NCBI GenBank assembly: GCA_018238545.1
Contig: JABCTC010000005.1
Coordinates: 42,066 to 106,065, forward strand
DNA from: Candidatus Heimdallarchaeota archaeon
Lineage (GTDB): Archaea; Asgardarchaeota; Heimdallarchaeia; Heimdallarchaeales; Heimdallarchaeaceae
DNA length: 64,000 bases
Direction: 5' to 3'
In this document: piece after piece, positions 51,003-60,422 of the stretch
Layout of the letters: every line of letters begins with the position of its first letter
Numbering within the stretch: position 1 is the first letter of the stretch
Position numbers and translations under genes: made by a program
Notes under the pieces: generated by a model
Seen by the model: the letters and a program-made list of their open reading frames with translations, nothing else
The model's database searches: none
Told to the model about the DNA's origin: nothing

Positions 51003-51358
51003 TTAATCACTTTACTCAATAAGTAAGATTGTGTTAAAAATATTTCGCGGACTAATGAGCTTAATTCTAATAAAATCAAAAAATAGTAAGAACAAAGTCC
51101 TTTAAAATTATTAGTAAGAATTGGTTGATAGACCAATATCCTCTAGGTTGTTGATAAAACAAGATTAGGCAAATAGTAACACAGTCATGCTACTATAAAT
51201 AAGTTCTGAAAATTGTATCAAACCATGAAATTATAATAGAAAAACAGATAGTGGTTTTTCAAGCTTTTTCACGCTAAAGACATGTCTTATATAATTTAAT
51301 ATTCTAAAGCTAAAATAATTGTACCTGAATACAAGAAACGGTAAGAGGAGGTAAAGAG

Positions 51359-53011
51359 GTGCCAGAAACCACATTATTCACAAAGAAGACTATACTATTC
51401 ATACTTGGTGTTGTTTTAATTTGTCTATCAGTTTTTCTTCCTGTTTATTTTACAATCATAAAAGATGATAGTGTTTTTAGACCTACTATATGTTCTTCTG
51501 CTTTCATTTGTATTGATTCTGATGATGATTTTGCTTATTACAATTTAGCAGGTAATGGCTCTTATTCGAATCCGTATGTTATTGAAAATCTCACTATGAT
51601 TAGAGATTTTTCTTGTGGTGTTTTAATTAAAAATACTACCAAACATTTTGTTATTCGAAACTGCTTCTTTGATAGTTCTAGTGGGATCGAGATCTCTAAA
51701 ATTCAAGCTGGAACAGCCAAGATACATTCGAATGAATTCTGGGGTAAAACAGGAATTAGTTTAATGTATGCAAAAAACACAATTGAAACTTTTCAACATG
51801 GTGTACTAATAAATGTTGAAGATGGATATCCTGAAACAACGATAGCTTGGTCAAGAGTTGAAAATGCATTTCAGTTGCATCCAAACCTAAAATACAACTA
51901 TGGTTCTTATAAAATGGCAGTCTTGGATACTGGTTTTGATGAACCAACTTGGAATCATTTTGCTAACAAAATTCCAAATTATAAACTTAATTTACACCTA
52001 ATAGATGCGGACGGGTATTCTGTCGACAGACCTTTTGCTTATGATATGTATGAAAATCTTCATCATGGAACAGCTCTCATGAGCTTAATTATTCAGATGC
52101 TGGAAAGACAAGCATATAATGTATACGCAAGTATTTACATGTTTATTTGTACTGATGATACTGATGGTTCGTTAGATTCATATATAATAGAAGATCAATT
52201 GCAATATATAATAAACTTTAATCAACTCTACCCAAGTAGTCCATTCAAAGTAATATCTATGTCCTTTGGAGGAAGTGAAAACTTCAATCCGATTTATCAA
52301 GACGAGATTAACACACTCATTAACACCTATGGATGTATAATAGTAGCTTCATCAGGTAACACTCAAACTGAAAGTACAATGCTTGAAATTGAAAATGAAC
52401 GTAATTATCCTGCAACAGAAAATGCTATTGTTGGAGCAGGAGGTTACTATGGACAAGATGTTGAAGATTGTGAGGAAAATCCTGGTGAACTTGCTTACTA
52501 TAAGAAATGTCGTATGAGTACTTCCTATTCTGATCAAGCGAATGAACTTGAAACAAATAATCAATACATAGGAAGTCAATACTACAGATTGGATGAATAT
52601 GAACAAACAGTACCACGGTCTGAAGCTACAGTTGATGTTACAGCGCCAAGTTTTCAAGTAGAAATGATTTGTGACATAGATGATAGTGGAGCAATCAATT
52701 ACATAAAAGCTACAGGCACAAGTATTGCAGCTCCACAGGTAGCAGTTGCAGCATATCTTGGAGTAAGGATGAAAGCTTACCTTGATAGCAGTAATCCATT
52801 GACACCATCTCAATTCATGACAGCTCTTAAGAAAACATGCGAATATGACTCAAGTATGAAGTATCTTGATCAATCTACGCGAAACTATTGGAATATTGTA
52901 CGCAAACCTTTTGCAAATAGAGATATGAGTTATTATTATTCATATCATGTAGGGTATGGAGCATTAGATATTGGAGATCTCGTGGAATATATATTTGACA
53001 CTTATTCGTAA
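51359..53011 (+). CDS. S8 subtilisin-like protease fused to a truncated beta-helix N-terminus
   Basis: VLDTG, HHGT, GTSIAAP triad; first ~140 aa match the NosD-like N-cap of 57767 and 60423. Confidence 0.8.
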   Translation: MPETTLFTKKTILFILGVVLICLSVFLPVYFTIIKDDSVFRPTICSSAFICIDSDDDFAYYNLAGNGSYSNPYVIENLTMIRDFSCGVLIKNTTKHFVIRNCFFDSSSGIEISKIQAGTAKIHSNEFWGKTGISLMYAKNTIETFQHGVLINVEDGYPETTIAWSRVENAFQLHPNLKYNYGSYKMAVLDTGFDEPTWNHFANKIPNYKLNLHLIDADGYSVDRPFAYDMYENLHHGTALMSLIIQMLERQAYNVYASIYMFICTDDTDGSLDSYIIEDQLQYIINFNQLYPSSPFKVISMSFGGSENFNPIYQDEINTLINTYGCIIVASSGNTQTESTMLEIENERNYPATENAIVGAGGYYGQDVEDCEENPGELAYYKKCRMSTSYSDQANELETNNQYIGSQYYRLDEYEQTVPRSEATVDVTAPSFQVEMICDIDDSGAINYIKATGTSIAAPQVAVAAYLGVRMKAYLDSSNPLTPSQFMTALKKTCEYDSSMKYLDQSTRNYWNIVRKPFANRDMSYYYSYHVGYGALDIGDLVEYIFDTYS

Positions 53012-53024
53012 AAGATGAACAAAC

Positions 53025-54404
53025 ATGAATCGAAACAAAACAATAATTTTAGGTTCAGTTGTGATTATCATTTTAATAGTAACTAGTTCACTTTTCTTAT
53101 ACTTTGAACTACGAAAAAACAACGTTAATCCTAATTCTGAACCTCCTTTTATTTACCCAAGAATATTCTTTTCTAACGGAAGTATCTCAGATATGGCTAT
53201 CGAAAATGACGATAGTATTCATTTTCTTATAAGAAGTACAAATGAAACATGTCTAGGACCGGCATATGTTAAATTGGATTTAGAAAATTATTCAGTGGAT
53301 ATGATTAAAGCTGGTGGAGATGTTGCAACATATCATATTTTGGACATTGCACTTACACCAAATAATCAGCCTATAATTTACAAATATTTTACAAATGCTT
53401 TTTTCTATTTAACAGGCACAATAGAAATTCTAGAAGATAAAACATGGAAAGAATATCCTTCAATTGATGATGATCCAGTTTATATGGGAGCAATGTCTCG
53501 AGGTCCATTACTAAATTGGACATTTTCAACAGATAGAAATCTTACATTTGCATATATCTATGATAATGGTGCTTATTTTGAAGATCGGTTCTATACTCCT
53601 GTAATATATTCTGAAGCAAATGATACCTACTTCTTCATGAATTCAACTTTCCCTGAGATAAAATATTGGAATATCGGAAGACATGGTGATTTCGCTGTCA
53701 ACAATAGATCCCAAGCAATTCTATTTCACAGACTCATTGATTTAAATCATAGTTATCCTTGTGTTATAATTAACTGGGAAGAAAAACCTTGGATGCTAGA
53801 AGAATTAGGAGACGTAAATAGCAACTTAATTCCTTTACTTGTAGAACCGTTAGAAGAAGGATTTGTCATATTTTCATATGATCCTGGAAATGAAAATTTT
53901 AGAAGCAAATTAGTAAAAACAACAATAAACAATGCAACTTCTGTGAATTCAGAGATAATTAAGACTTTCGAAGGAAAAACGAAATTCTATTTTGAGAGTG
54001 TGAGTCCATTTATTGATGATTCATACGTTTGCTTTTTTTCCATGAAAAGAAGCGATGCTGAGGATTATGATCTCTATAGAGGAATAGTACAAGATAATAA
54101 TTTTTATGAACTTAAACTTACTGACACTCCTTTATTTGATGAATATGGTGTTCATTGTGAACTTGGAAATAGCTATCTCCATTATTCGTGGTATAGAACA
54201 AATTATAACGCATTTGAGAATATAGATAAACCATCCTGTGTAGTTTATTACAATCGTACTTTTCTGGGAAATATTTCACTGACACAGAATAATGCCAAAA
54301 ATAGGACTTTTTCAAACTTCGATGAATTCATGGATTTCAATACTTGTGAGCGTATCTGTTTAGTTTATGAATTCAAAAAAACCGTTTCAATTAAACCAGT
54401 TTAA
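53025..54404 (+). CDS. Membrane-anchored extracellular protein, possibly beta-propeller
   Basis: N-terminal TM; aromatic beta-rich repeats (DMAIE..DSIHF; DIALTP..QPII). Confidence 0.65.
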   Translation: MNRNKTIILGSVVIIILIVTSSLFLYFELRKNNVNPNSEPPFIYPRIFFSNGSISDMAIENDDSIHFLIRSTNETCLGPAYVKLDLENYSVDMIKAGGDVATYHILDIALTPNNQPIIYKYFTNAFFYLTGTIEILEDKTWKEYPSIDDDPVYMGAMSRGPLLNWTFSTDRNLTFAYIYDNGAYFEDRFYTPVIYSEANDTYFFMNSTFPEIKYWNIGRHGDFAVNNRSQAILFHRLIDLNHSYPCVIINWEEKPWMLEELGDVNSNLIPLLVEPLEEGFVIFSYDPGNENFRSKLVKTTINNATSVNSEIIKTFEGKTKFYFESVSPFIDDSYVCFFSMKRSDAEDYDLYRGIVQDNNFYELKLTDTPLFDEYGVHCELGNSYLHYSWYRTNYNAFENIDKPSCVVYYNRTFLGNISLTQNNAKNRTFSNFDEFMDFNTCERICLVYEFKKTVSIKPV

Positions 54405-54444
54405 GCTGATTAAGAAATATAATTTATCTACTAATGTGATTAAA

Positions 54445-55224
54445 ATGGATAATTTTGATAATATCCTAAAGGAGTTTCTAAACCTACTTCAATCAAATGA
54501 TAGTTTTGAATATATCCAAGCAACATATCTTGGGGGTTCATATATTACACAAAATAATGATAACCATAGTGATTTAGATATTATTATTATTTGCAAAGAA
54601 GCCTTTACGGAAGATGTTTACAACAAAATTAGGAAATCCATAAAAGAAAATAAGATAACCAAATATTTAGATGTCAAAATTATTGGAGAAGAGGATGCTA
54701 AACACATTATTAATAGTGTTGATATGCCCTTTTTTCACCATTTTTTTTTAAATTCCAAACTTATTTATGGTATTGATTTATTTCAAAATTATAAAATCAA
54801 TCAAATTTGGTTTTACCATTCCATCCAAGATATTTTGAATAAAGTTGAAAATATTAAAGATTTAGCTTTTATATACAAACAAAGATCAGAAGCAGAACTT
54901 ATGCTATATAATTCCAATAAAAAACTAGCTATAATTTATGAATTGTTAGCTAAAGGCGATAATGATTTTCCTTCGTATAAATTATTACTGCTGAAAAGAT
55001 ATGAAAATGTATATCTTGACTATATAAGGGATAGAATCAAGAAAAATAGGGATTTTGTTAGTAGATACAAAAATGAAGGATCTAAGGGGGCGGGTTTTAA
55101 AAAAATAAAAATTCATAAGTCTAAGATACAAAATAATGACCAAACATCTCAAGAGTTTATAGAGGATGAAATTAAACAAACAATACAATTTGCTAAGAGA
55201 TGTTTGGATTTGTTAGACTATTAA
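54445..55224 (+). CDS. Nucleotidyltransferase-domain (Pol beta/MNT-like) protein
   Basis: YLGGS...SDLDIII, third Asp LDVK; helical C-terminus; very AT-rich. Confidence 0.75.
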   Translation: MDNFDNILKEFLNLLQSNDSFEYIQATYLGGSYITQNNDNHSDLDIIIICKEAFTEDVYNKIRKSIKENKITKYLDVKIIGEEDAKHIINSVDMPFFHHFFLNSKLIYGIDLFQNYKINQIWFYHSIQDILNKVENIKDLAFIYKQRSEAELMLYNSNKKLAIIYELLAKGDNDFPSYKLLLLKRYENVYLDYIRDRIKKNRDFVSRYKNEGSKGAGFKKIKIHKSKIQNNDQTSQEFIEDEIKQTIQFAKRCLDLLDY

Positions 55225-55602
55225 ATTCTGAATTCATAAAAGATTAAGATACTTCTTCAGAATTTCCCTCATATGACTTCTATTCACTCCATGTTTAACG
55301 AAGCGATCTTGGACATGATTTTACTTAACTTTGTTATTTTCCCATTCCGTCCTTCGTGCAAAAACTGGGAGAGATGCTCTTTATCATGGGGAACCTGTCA
55401 GTAAAAACTAAGAAGCTGAACAGTTCTTGAGAAAATGAGGGTGAAAGGAAGCTAGTTTAACCCTCAACAAAACGGAAGTCTGGGATTGAAATTCAAGTTT
55501 GAACTAGCTTCAAAGAATAATAAGAAAAATGGTATTTAAAGGAGGTAGAAAAATATTTTACCAGTTTATAAATCAATTGTGGGGTAAGAAGACAGAAGAA
55601 GT

Positions 55603-55773
55603 ATGAACTGGAAGACGATATTCATAATCTATGCGAAAGGTAAACGAGAAGAAAAGATAGAATTAGCAAGAAACAAGATAACAGGGGTAGATGATCTACA
55701 ATTCTTCATAAATCACTTCTATAGGAACAGAGGGAATGGAGGGAAAGAGGGAAGATGTGGGAGCATGAGATAA
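55603..55773 (+). CDS. Small hypothetical ORF (56 aa)
   Basis: MNWKTIFIIYAKGKREEK...; TTTATAAA ~30 nt upstream; purine-rich. Confidence 0.35.
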   Translation: MNWKTIFIIYAKGKREEKIELARNKITGVDDLQFFINHFYRNRGNGGKEGRCGSMR

Positions 55774-55910
55774 GAATAGTAGATGAGTGGGGGAAAGAGT
55801 TGTCGATGAAGAACATAACAGAGCTGATGGAGAAGAAAGGGGAAATGATGAGTTTTTTTCAGATGACAAAGACAGCGATAGGGGAGATGCTAGTGGAAGG
55901 AGTGGGATGA
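55755..55910 (+). CDS. Small hypothetical ORF (51 aa)
   Basis: MWEHEIRIVDEWGKELSMK...; overlaps the previous ORF and abuts the next. Confidence 0.35.
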   Translation: MWEHEIRIVDEWGKELSMKNITELMEKKGEMMSFFQMTKTAIGEMLVEGVG

Positions 55911-55911
55911 A

Positions 55912-57759
55912 TTGTTCAGTAAAAAAGAAAAAAGGATTAGAAGCGCATTAATACCGTTCTTTGGTGCAGTGTTTATCGGATTGGTAATAGGAGTGGTTAT
56001 CTTGGATCCAATTTCAGACAATAATCAAGATACAAAGAAGATGATATATTTTGTTCTATTATCAGCAGGAATGATAGCTATATTAGTATTCGAACACGAC
56101 ATGATACAGAAATGGTTAGAAAATAAAAAAGAAGAGAACAAGGTTTTACGGGATTATTATTGGGAGCAAGAACAGAGAAAAAATCCTTTATTCAAGTATT
56201 ATTCAGAAGAGAGTTTAGAAGAGATGAAGAAGGAGATTGTGAAAGAACTTCTGTTTAGAGAAGAATATGTAAAGAAAATAATCGATGGAGAAGAAATAGG
56301 TGAGGGGTTCTCTGAACTTGCGGGTTTTATTACAAAAACACAACCTAGTGAATGGAATAATATCACACCTTTTGCAAGAGATTATTTCAGCACACATCCG
56401 GATGATAGTCTGTTATTTTGGAATCTGTATTCCCAACAATATGATGTTCGGATAGATTATGGAGGAGTGTATTTATTTTCATTATATTTCTATGAGCAAT
56501 TTGGTTCTTCAGTTTTAAAACAGATAGTGATAGATTCAGCAAATGGGGCAGAAAGTCTAAATATTTTACTTAATGCTAAGAACACGTCTTTCAACGAATT
56601 TTTTTCTCAATGGCAAATTGCATTGATCGGTGAACATTTTGATGATGAATCATTTCAAATATATTCTTATAAAAATATAGATTTTTCAATAGAACCCGTC
56701 ATAAGGATAAATCAAAAAAACATCTTCAATACGTTGAGTATTCCATATTATGGTGTTTTTCCTGTTTTATTTGATTTATCTGATGAGAAATTCGATGTTA
56801 CGTTGTATAATAATAATTTGCAGTTATTCTCAATTGCAATTCTAACAGTAAATGAAAATACAGACTATGTCAATATGGAAATAATACAAACATCAAATCA
56901 ATCCATATCACTTTTTTCTGATTTTAAGAATATTAACAAGGCAATACTGTGCATATCAGCAATCGATCATTACACTCCAATGATAGATGGAGATATAGGT
57001 ATTGGAAACTACAAAACATTATCAATTTACACATCCAATCCTTATGAATTATCAATAAATAATCCAATAATTACACAAAACAATTCATATTTATCAATAC
57101 ACTATTTGAGCATATTTTTGTGGAATGGAACAGACATTTATTTTAGTGAAGGAGATGATGTGGTTATACTACAAATTCAAAATGAATCATCAGTACTCGA
57201 ATATGAGTTCTATTATAACGCTGTTGAGTATAATGGATGGAGCTGTAATGTTAAGATAGAAAATCTGCAACCAGGTTTTTACCAAGTTTACTTATATGCA
57301 AATACTGGTGAATATCTAATAGAGATCTTATTATATGAATTTACTATTGAAATTGAAGTCGATTTGAATAAGCCTGAAATATTCTTTAATAAAAATAATT
57401 TGCACATTAAAGATAACATAGTTTTAATTCCTAACTCAATCAGTATAGAGATATTAAGTCAGATAAAGGTTTATGCCTATATTTACAATATTACTGAAAA
57501 TTTTATTGCAAATGTTACTTTAGACATGATATCAAAGAGTTCTTGGGAAGGAGTGTGTGATTTTAAAGAATATGAAAATGGCGAATATTTCACAGTTGTG
57601 ATTTTTGAATTTGGAAAACAGTTAACAAAATCTCATCCATCTAACACATCGTCTTATAAGAAAATCAACACATCTTTTAATATACTATTGATTGTAAGTT
57701 TTGTAACAATAATCTCAATTTTCAGCCTTTATATAATAGGTAAAAAAAGATGGAGATAA
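55912..57759 (+). CDS. Chimeric membrane protein: 2-TM N-terminus fused to C-terminal half of an M30-like metallopeptidase
   Basis: EGFSELA and DYGGVYLF..YFYEQFG present but no upstream HExxH; composition changes near 56300; C-terminal TM and KKR. Confidence 0.6.
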   Translation: MFSKKEKRIRSALIPFFGAVFIGLVIGVVILDPISDNNQDTKKMIYFVLLSAGMIAILVFEHDMIQKWLENKKEENKVLRDYYWEQEQRKNPLFKYYSEESLEEMKKEIVKELLFREEYVKKIIDGEEIGEGFSELAGFITKTQPSEWNNITPFARDYFSTHPDDSLLFWNLYSQQYDVRIDYGGVYLFSLYFYEQFGSSVLKQIVIDSANGAESLNILLNAKNTSFNEFFSQWQIALIGEHFDDESFQIYSYKNIDFSIEPVIRINQKNIFNTLSIPYYGVFPVLFDLSDEKFDVTLYNNNLQLFSIAILTVNENTDYVNMEIIQTSNQSISLFSDFKNINKAILCISAIDHYTPMIDGDIGIGNYKTLSIYTSNPYELSINNPIITQNNSYLSIHYLSIFLWNGTDIYFSEGDDVVILQIQNESSVLEYEFYYNAVEYNGWSCNVKIENLQPGFYQVYLYANTGEYLIEILLYEFTIEIEVDLNKPEIFFNKNNLHIKDNIVLIPNSISIEILSQIKVYAYIYNITENFIANVTLDMISKSSWEGVCDFKEYENGEYFTVVIFEFGKQLTKSHPSNTSSYKKINTSFNILLIVSFVTIISIFSLYIIGKKRWR

Positions 57760-57766
57760 AGGAAAA

Positions 57767-58849
57767 ATGAATAAAACATTGATACGAATAATGTTCATAA
57801 TCGTCATAACCAATGCCTTATTTATTGAAAATGCGTCTACAATGAGTTTAACAAGAGAAAATTGCCATAGCAATTCACTACACGATCCAATAGACATAAG
57901 CCAAAATTACGAGTTTGATATTTTAGGTTTCGGTGGTTCAGGTTCAATGAATGATCCATATATACTTGAGAATCTTGAAATAGAATATAATAACAATGGA
58001 AAATATGGCATAAGAATACAAAGAACTTCAGTTAACTTCATTATACGAAATTGTACAGTTATTGGTTTTAATTATGGAATATTCTTGAACAACATAGAAG
58101 ATGGGGGGATAATTTTAGAGGATAACGAAATCAGTGGGAGTCACTATCAAGGAATTGATGTTAATACATTATTAAATGTTGAAATTGCAGGAAATTTGTT
58201 AGACAATAACGGAGGAGGGATCAGACTTAGTTCATCTAAGAGCAGGATAACTGATAATGTTATTCAAAGGACATCAAATTCTGCAGCAATTACATTATAC
58301 TCTTGTAGATATTTATTGGTAGAAGGGAATGAGATTAAGGAGAATGAGTATGTTGGAATAACATCGGGAACAGAACTTGAGGATTGTATATTTAAAGAAA
58401 ACATTATAGAATCGAACGGAGAGGGAGGTAAGTATCCAGATGAAACCCATTTATCAGAACCATATGGAATTAGATTGGGGAAAGAGAGCTGTAATAATAC
58501 AATATATCTTAATTTCTTCATCAATAATAACCAAGAAAACGAGAAGCAAGCATGTGATGAAGGGGAAAATAATACCTGGTATGAAGAAACATTGAAAGAA
58601 GGGAATTATTGGGATGATTTACCAATTGGACATTATGAAGTTGATGGAAATGTGGGAAGCAAAGATATCTACCCATTAAACAAAGACGGAGAGAGTTTGA
58701 ATAAGAATTTTTACAAAACCCCTATTGGAATAATTGGAATAAGTATGGCATCAGCGATAATTGTAGGAATACCCGCAGTGATAGTAATAAGGATAGCAAT
58801 AAGAAAGAGAAAAGCAAGAATGATAATATATTCTCTAAGATATGAATAA
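57767..58849 (+). CDS. Right-handed parallel beta-helix (NosD-like) surface protein
   Basis: G.GS.NDPYILE cap, GI.L...I..N repeats, GNYWDD...D.YPL, C-terminal TM. Confidence 0.88.
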   Translation: MNKTLIRIMFIIVITNALFIENASTMSLTRENCHSNSLHDPIDISQNYEFDILGFGGSGSMNDPYILENLEIEYNNNGKYGIRIQRTSVNFIIRNCTVIGFNYGIFLNNIEDGGIILEDNEISGSHYQGIDVNTLLNVEIAGNLLDNNGGGIRLSSSKSRITDNVIQRTSNSAAITLYSCRYLLVEGNEIKENEYVGITSGTELEDCIFKENIIESNGEGGKYPDETHLSEPYGIRLGKESCNNTIYLNFFINNNQENEKQACDEGENNTWYEETLKEGNYWDDLPIGHYEVDGNVGSKDIYPLNKDGESLNKNFYKTPIGIIGISMASAIIVGIPAVIVIRIAIRKRKARMIIYSLRYE

Positions 58850-58925
58850 CAACAAAAGGAAAAGGAAATTGAGCTGGGGAAAAAGGTTTTTATTTGGAAG
58901 AACTTTTGTGAAAATGGTTATAATT

Positions 58926-60086
58926 ATGGGATTAGTAAAAACTCCAATGTGGAAAGTCCATGAAGAAGCAGGAGCGAGAATGATTGATTTTGCAGGCTAT
59001 TATCTACCAGTATCGTATACAGGTATTGATGAGGAAATCATGGCGACAAGAGAAAGAGTGAGCATCGTAGAAGTTTCGGACATGGGTCGTTATTCTTTGA
59101 AAGGTAATTATGCCACTAAACTTATGGAACTCCTTGTTCCTCGTGATATGGCAGCCATGGAAAATATGAAATGTGGTTATTCTTATTATCTCAACGAAAA
59201 TGCCGGTTATCGTGATGACACTATTCTCGGCAAAAAGAGCGAAACTGATTACTTCAATGTTTGTAACGCTGGTAGCCAAACTGTTAAAGTTTTAGCTTGG
59301 ATTGGTCAGTTCGTTAAACTCTTTGAAGAGATGACTGGTGAACCTCTTGAGTTCAAAGACTGGACTTTAGAAACTACCATGTTTGCTGTTCAAGGTCCTA
59401 AATACAAGACTGTTTTAGATAATCTTGGTGTACCAGATACCGGTGCTTGGCAGATGGTTGAAGCTGAAGTTGAAGGTTGTAAATGTCTTTTCACTGGTAC
59501 TGGTTATACTGGTGAGTCAGGCTTTGAGGTAGTTATTTTTGATTCTGATCTTGCCAATCCTGAAAAAGGTATCAAGGTTTGGAACGCTATTTTAGAAGCT
59601 GGTAAAGAAGTAGGTATTGCTCTCTGTGGCCTTGGTGCTCGAGATGCTCTAAGAATTGAAGCTGGTCTACCTCTTTATGGTGAAGACATTCATGAAGAAG
59701 TTAACCCAGTTGAAACTGGTTACGACTACAAAATGTTCTGTAATCATTTCAAAGAACCTTTCTACTTTGGCAAAGAAGCTCTCCAAAAAGCTAAGAATGA
59801 AGGTGTGAAAATCAAGCATGTTGGTATCAAACTTTTAGAAAAAGGTATTCCTCGAGCTGATTATGATGTCCTCAATTCTGCTGGAGAAAAAATAGGTTAC
59901 ATGGTTAATGGTGTCCGTTCCCCTGTCATTGGTAATGTAGGTGTTGGTATGGGTTTTGTTGACATTGAATATGCTGTACCAGAAACTGAAGTTTTAGTGC
60001 AAATTCGTAAGAAGCAGGTTAAAGCTAAAGTAGTTAAACTACCCTTCTACGATCCTAAGAAGTGGGGTCGAAGAAGAGAAGCTTAA
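58926..60086 (+). CDS. gcvT: Glycine cleavage system aminomethyltransferase T
   Basis: KTP...H...GARM.DFAG, AVQGP, TGYTGESGFE, GLGARDALRIEAGLPLYG, KLPFY. Confidence 0.93.
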   Translation: MGLVKTPMWKVHEEAGARMIDFAGYYLPVSYTGIDEEIMATRERVSIVEVSDMGRYSLKGNYATKLMELLVPRDMAAMENMKCGYSYYLNENAGYRDDTILGKKSETDYFNVCNAGSQTVKVLAWIGQFVKLFEEMTGEPLEFKDWTLETTMFAVQGPKYKTVLDNLGVPDTGAWQMVEAEVEGCKCLFTGTGYTGESGFEVVIFDSDLANPEKGIKVWNAILEAGKEVGIALCGLGARDALRIEAGLPLYGEDIHEEVNPVETGYDYKMFCNHFKEPFYFGKEALQKAKNEGVKIKHVGIKLLEKGIPRADYDVLNSAGEKIGYMVNGVRSPVIGNVGVGMGFVDIEYAVPETEVLVQIRKKQVKAKVVKLPFYDPKKWGRRREA

Positions 60087-60145
60087 CTTTTTTCCTTTCC
60101 CTTCTTTTTATTTTATATTGCTGTCTTCTTTTGATTGTTCAACTT

Positions 60146-60422
60146 CTACTTATCAGTTACATCTGCTATTCGTGATTTTAATTCTTCTATTTTATCTCTT
60201 GAAATATTTATCAAAGTTAATTTAGGACACGCGTTTATTTGTTTCAATTCTTCATGGTTTATATCCTTCAAACTAATATCATGCAACATTAATTCTGATA
60301 GCGAATTACGTTTAGACAAATAAAAGAAGTTTTGAATCCAAATTTTCTTTCCCAAAAGTGCAAGTTTCTTCAGTTTGGAGCATTTTAAAATTTCTTTTAA
60401 ATCCACTCTTATACTTTTACAA
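60146..60422 (-). pseudogene. Orphan C-terminal fragment of a leucine-rich-repeat protein
   Basis: VDLKEILKCSKLKKLAL / SLSELMLHDISL / CPKLTLINIS LRR units; no own start, begins at the stop of the upstream gene. Confidence 0.55.

Noticed and set aside
55230-55400. Possible minus-strand pseudogene remnant (…HVQDRFVKHGVNRSHMREILKKYLNLL*)
   Set aside because: Too short and interrupted by stops to assign to any family.
55455-55491. CRISPR array
   Set aside because: Single repeat-like unit, no second copy, no cas genes.
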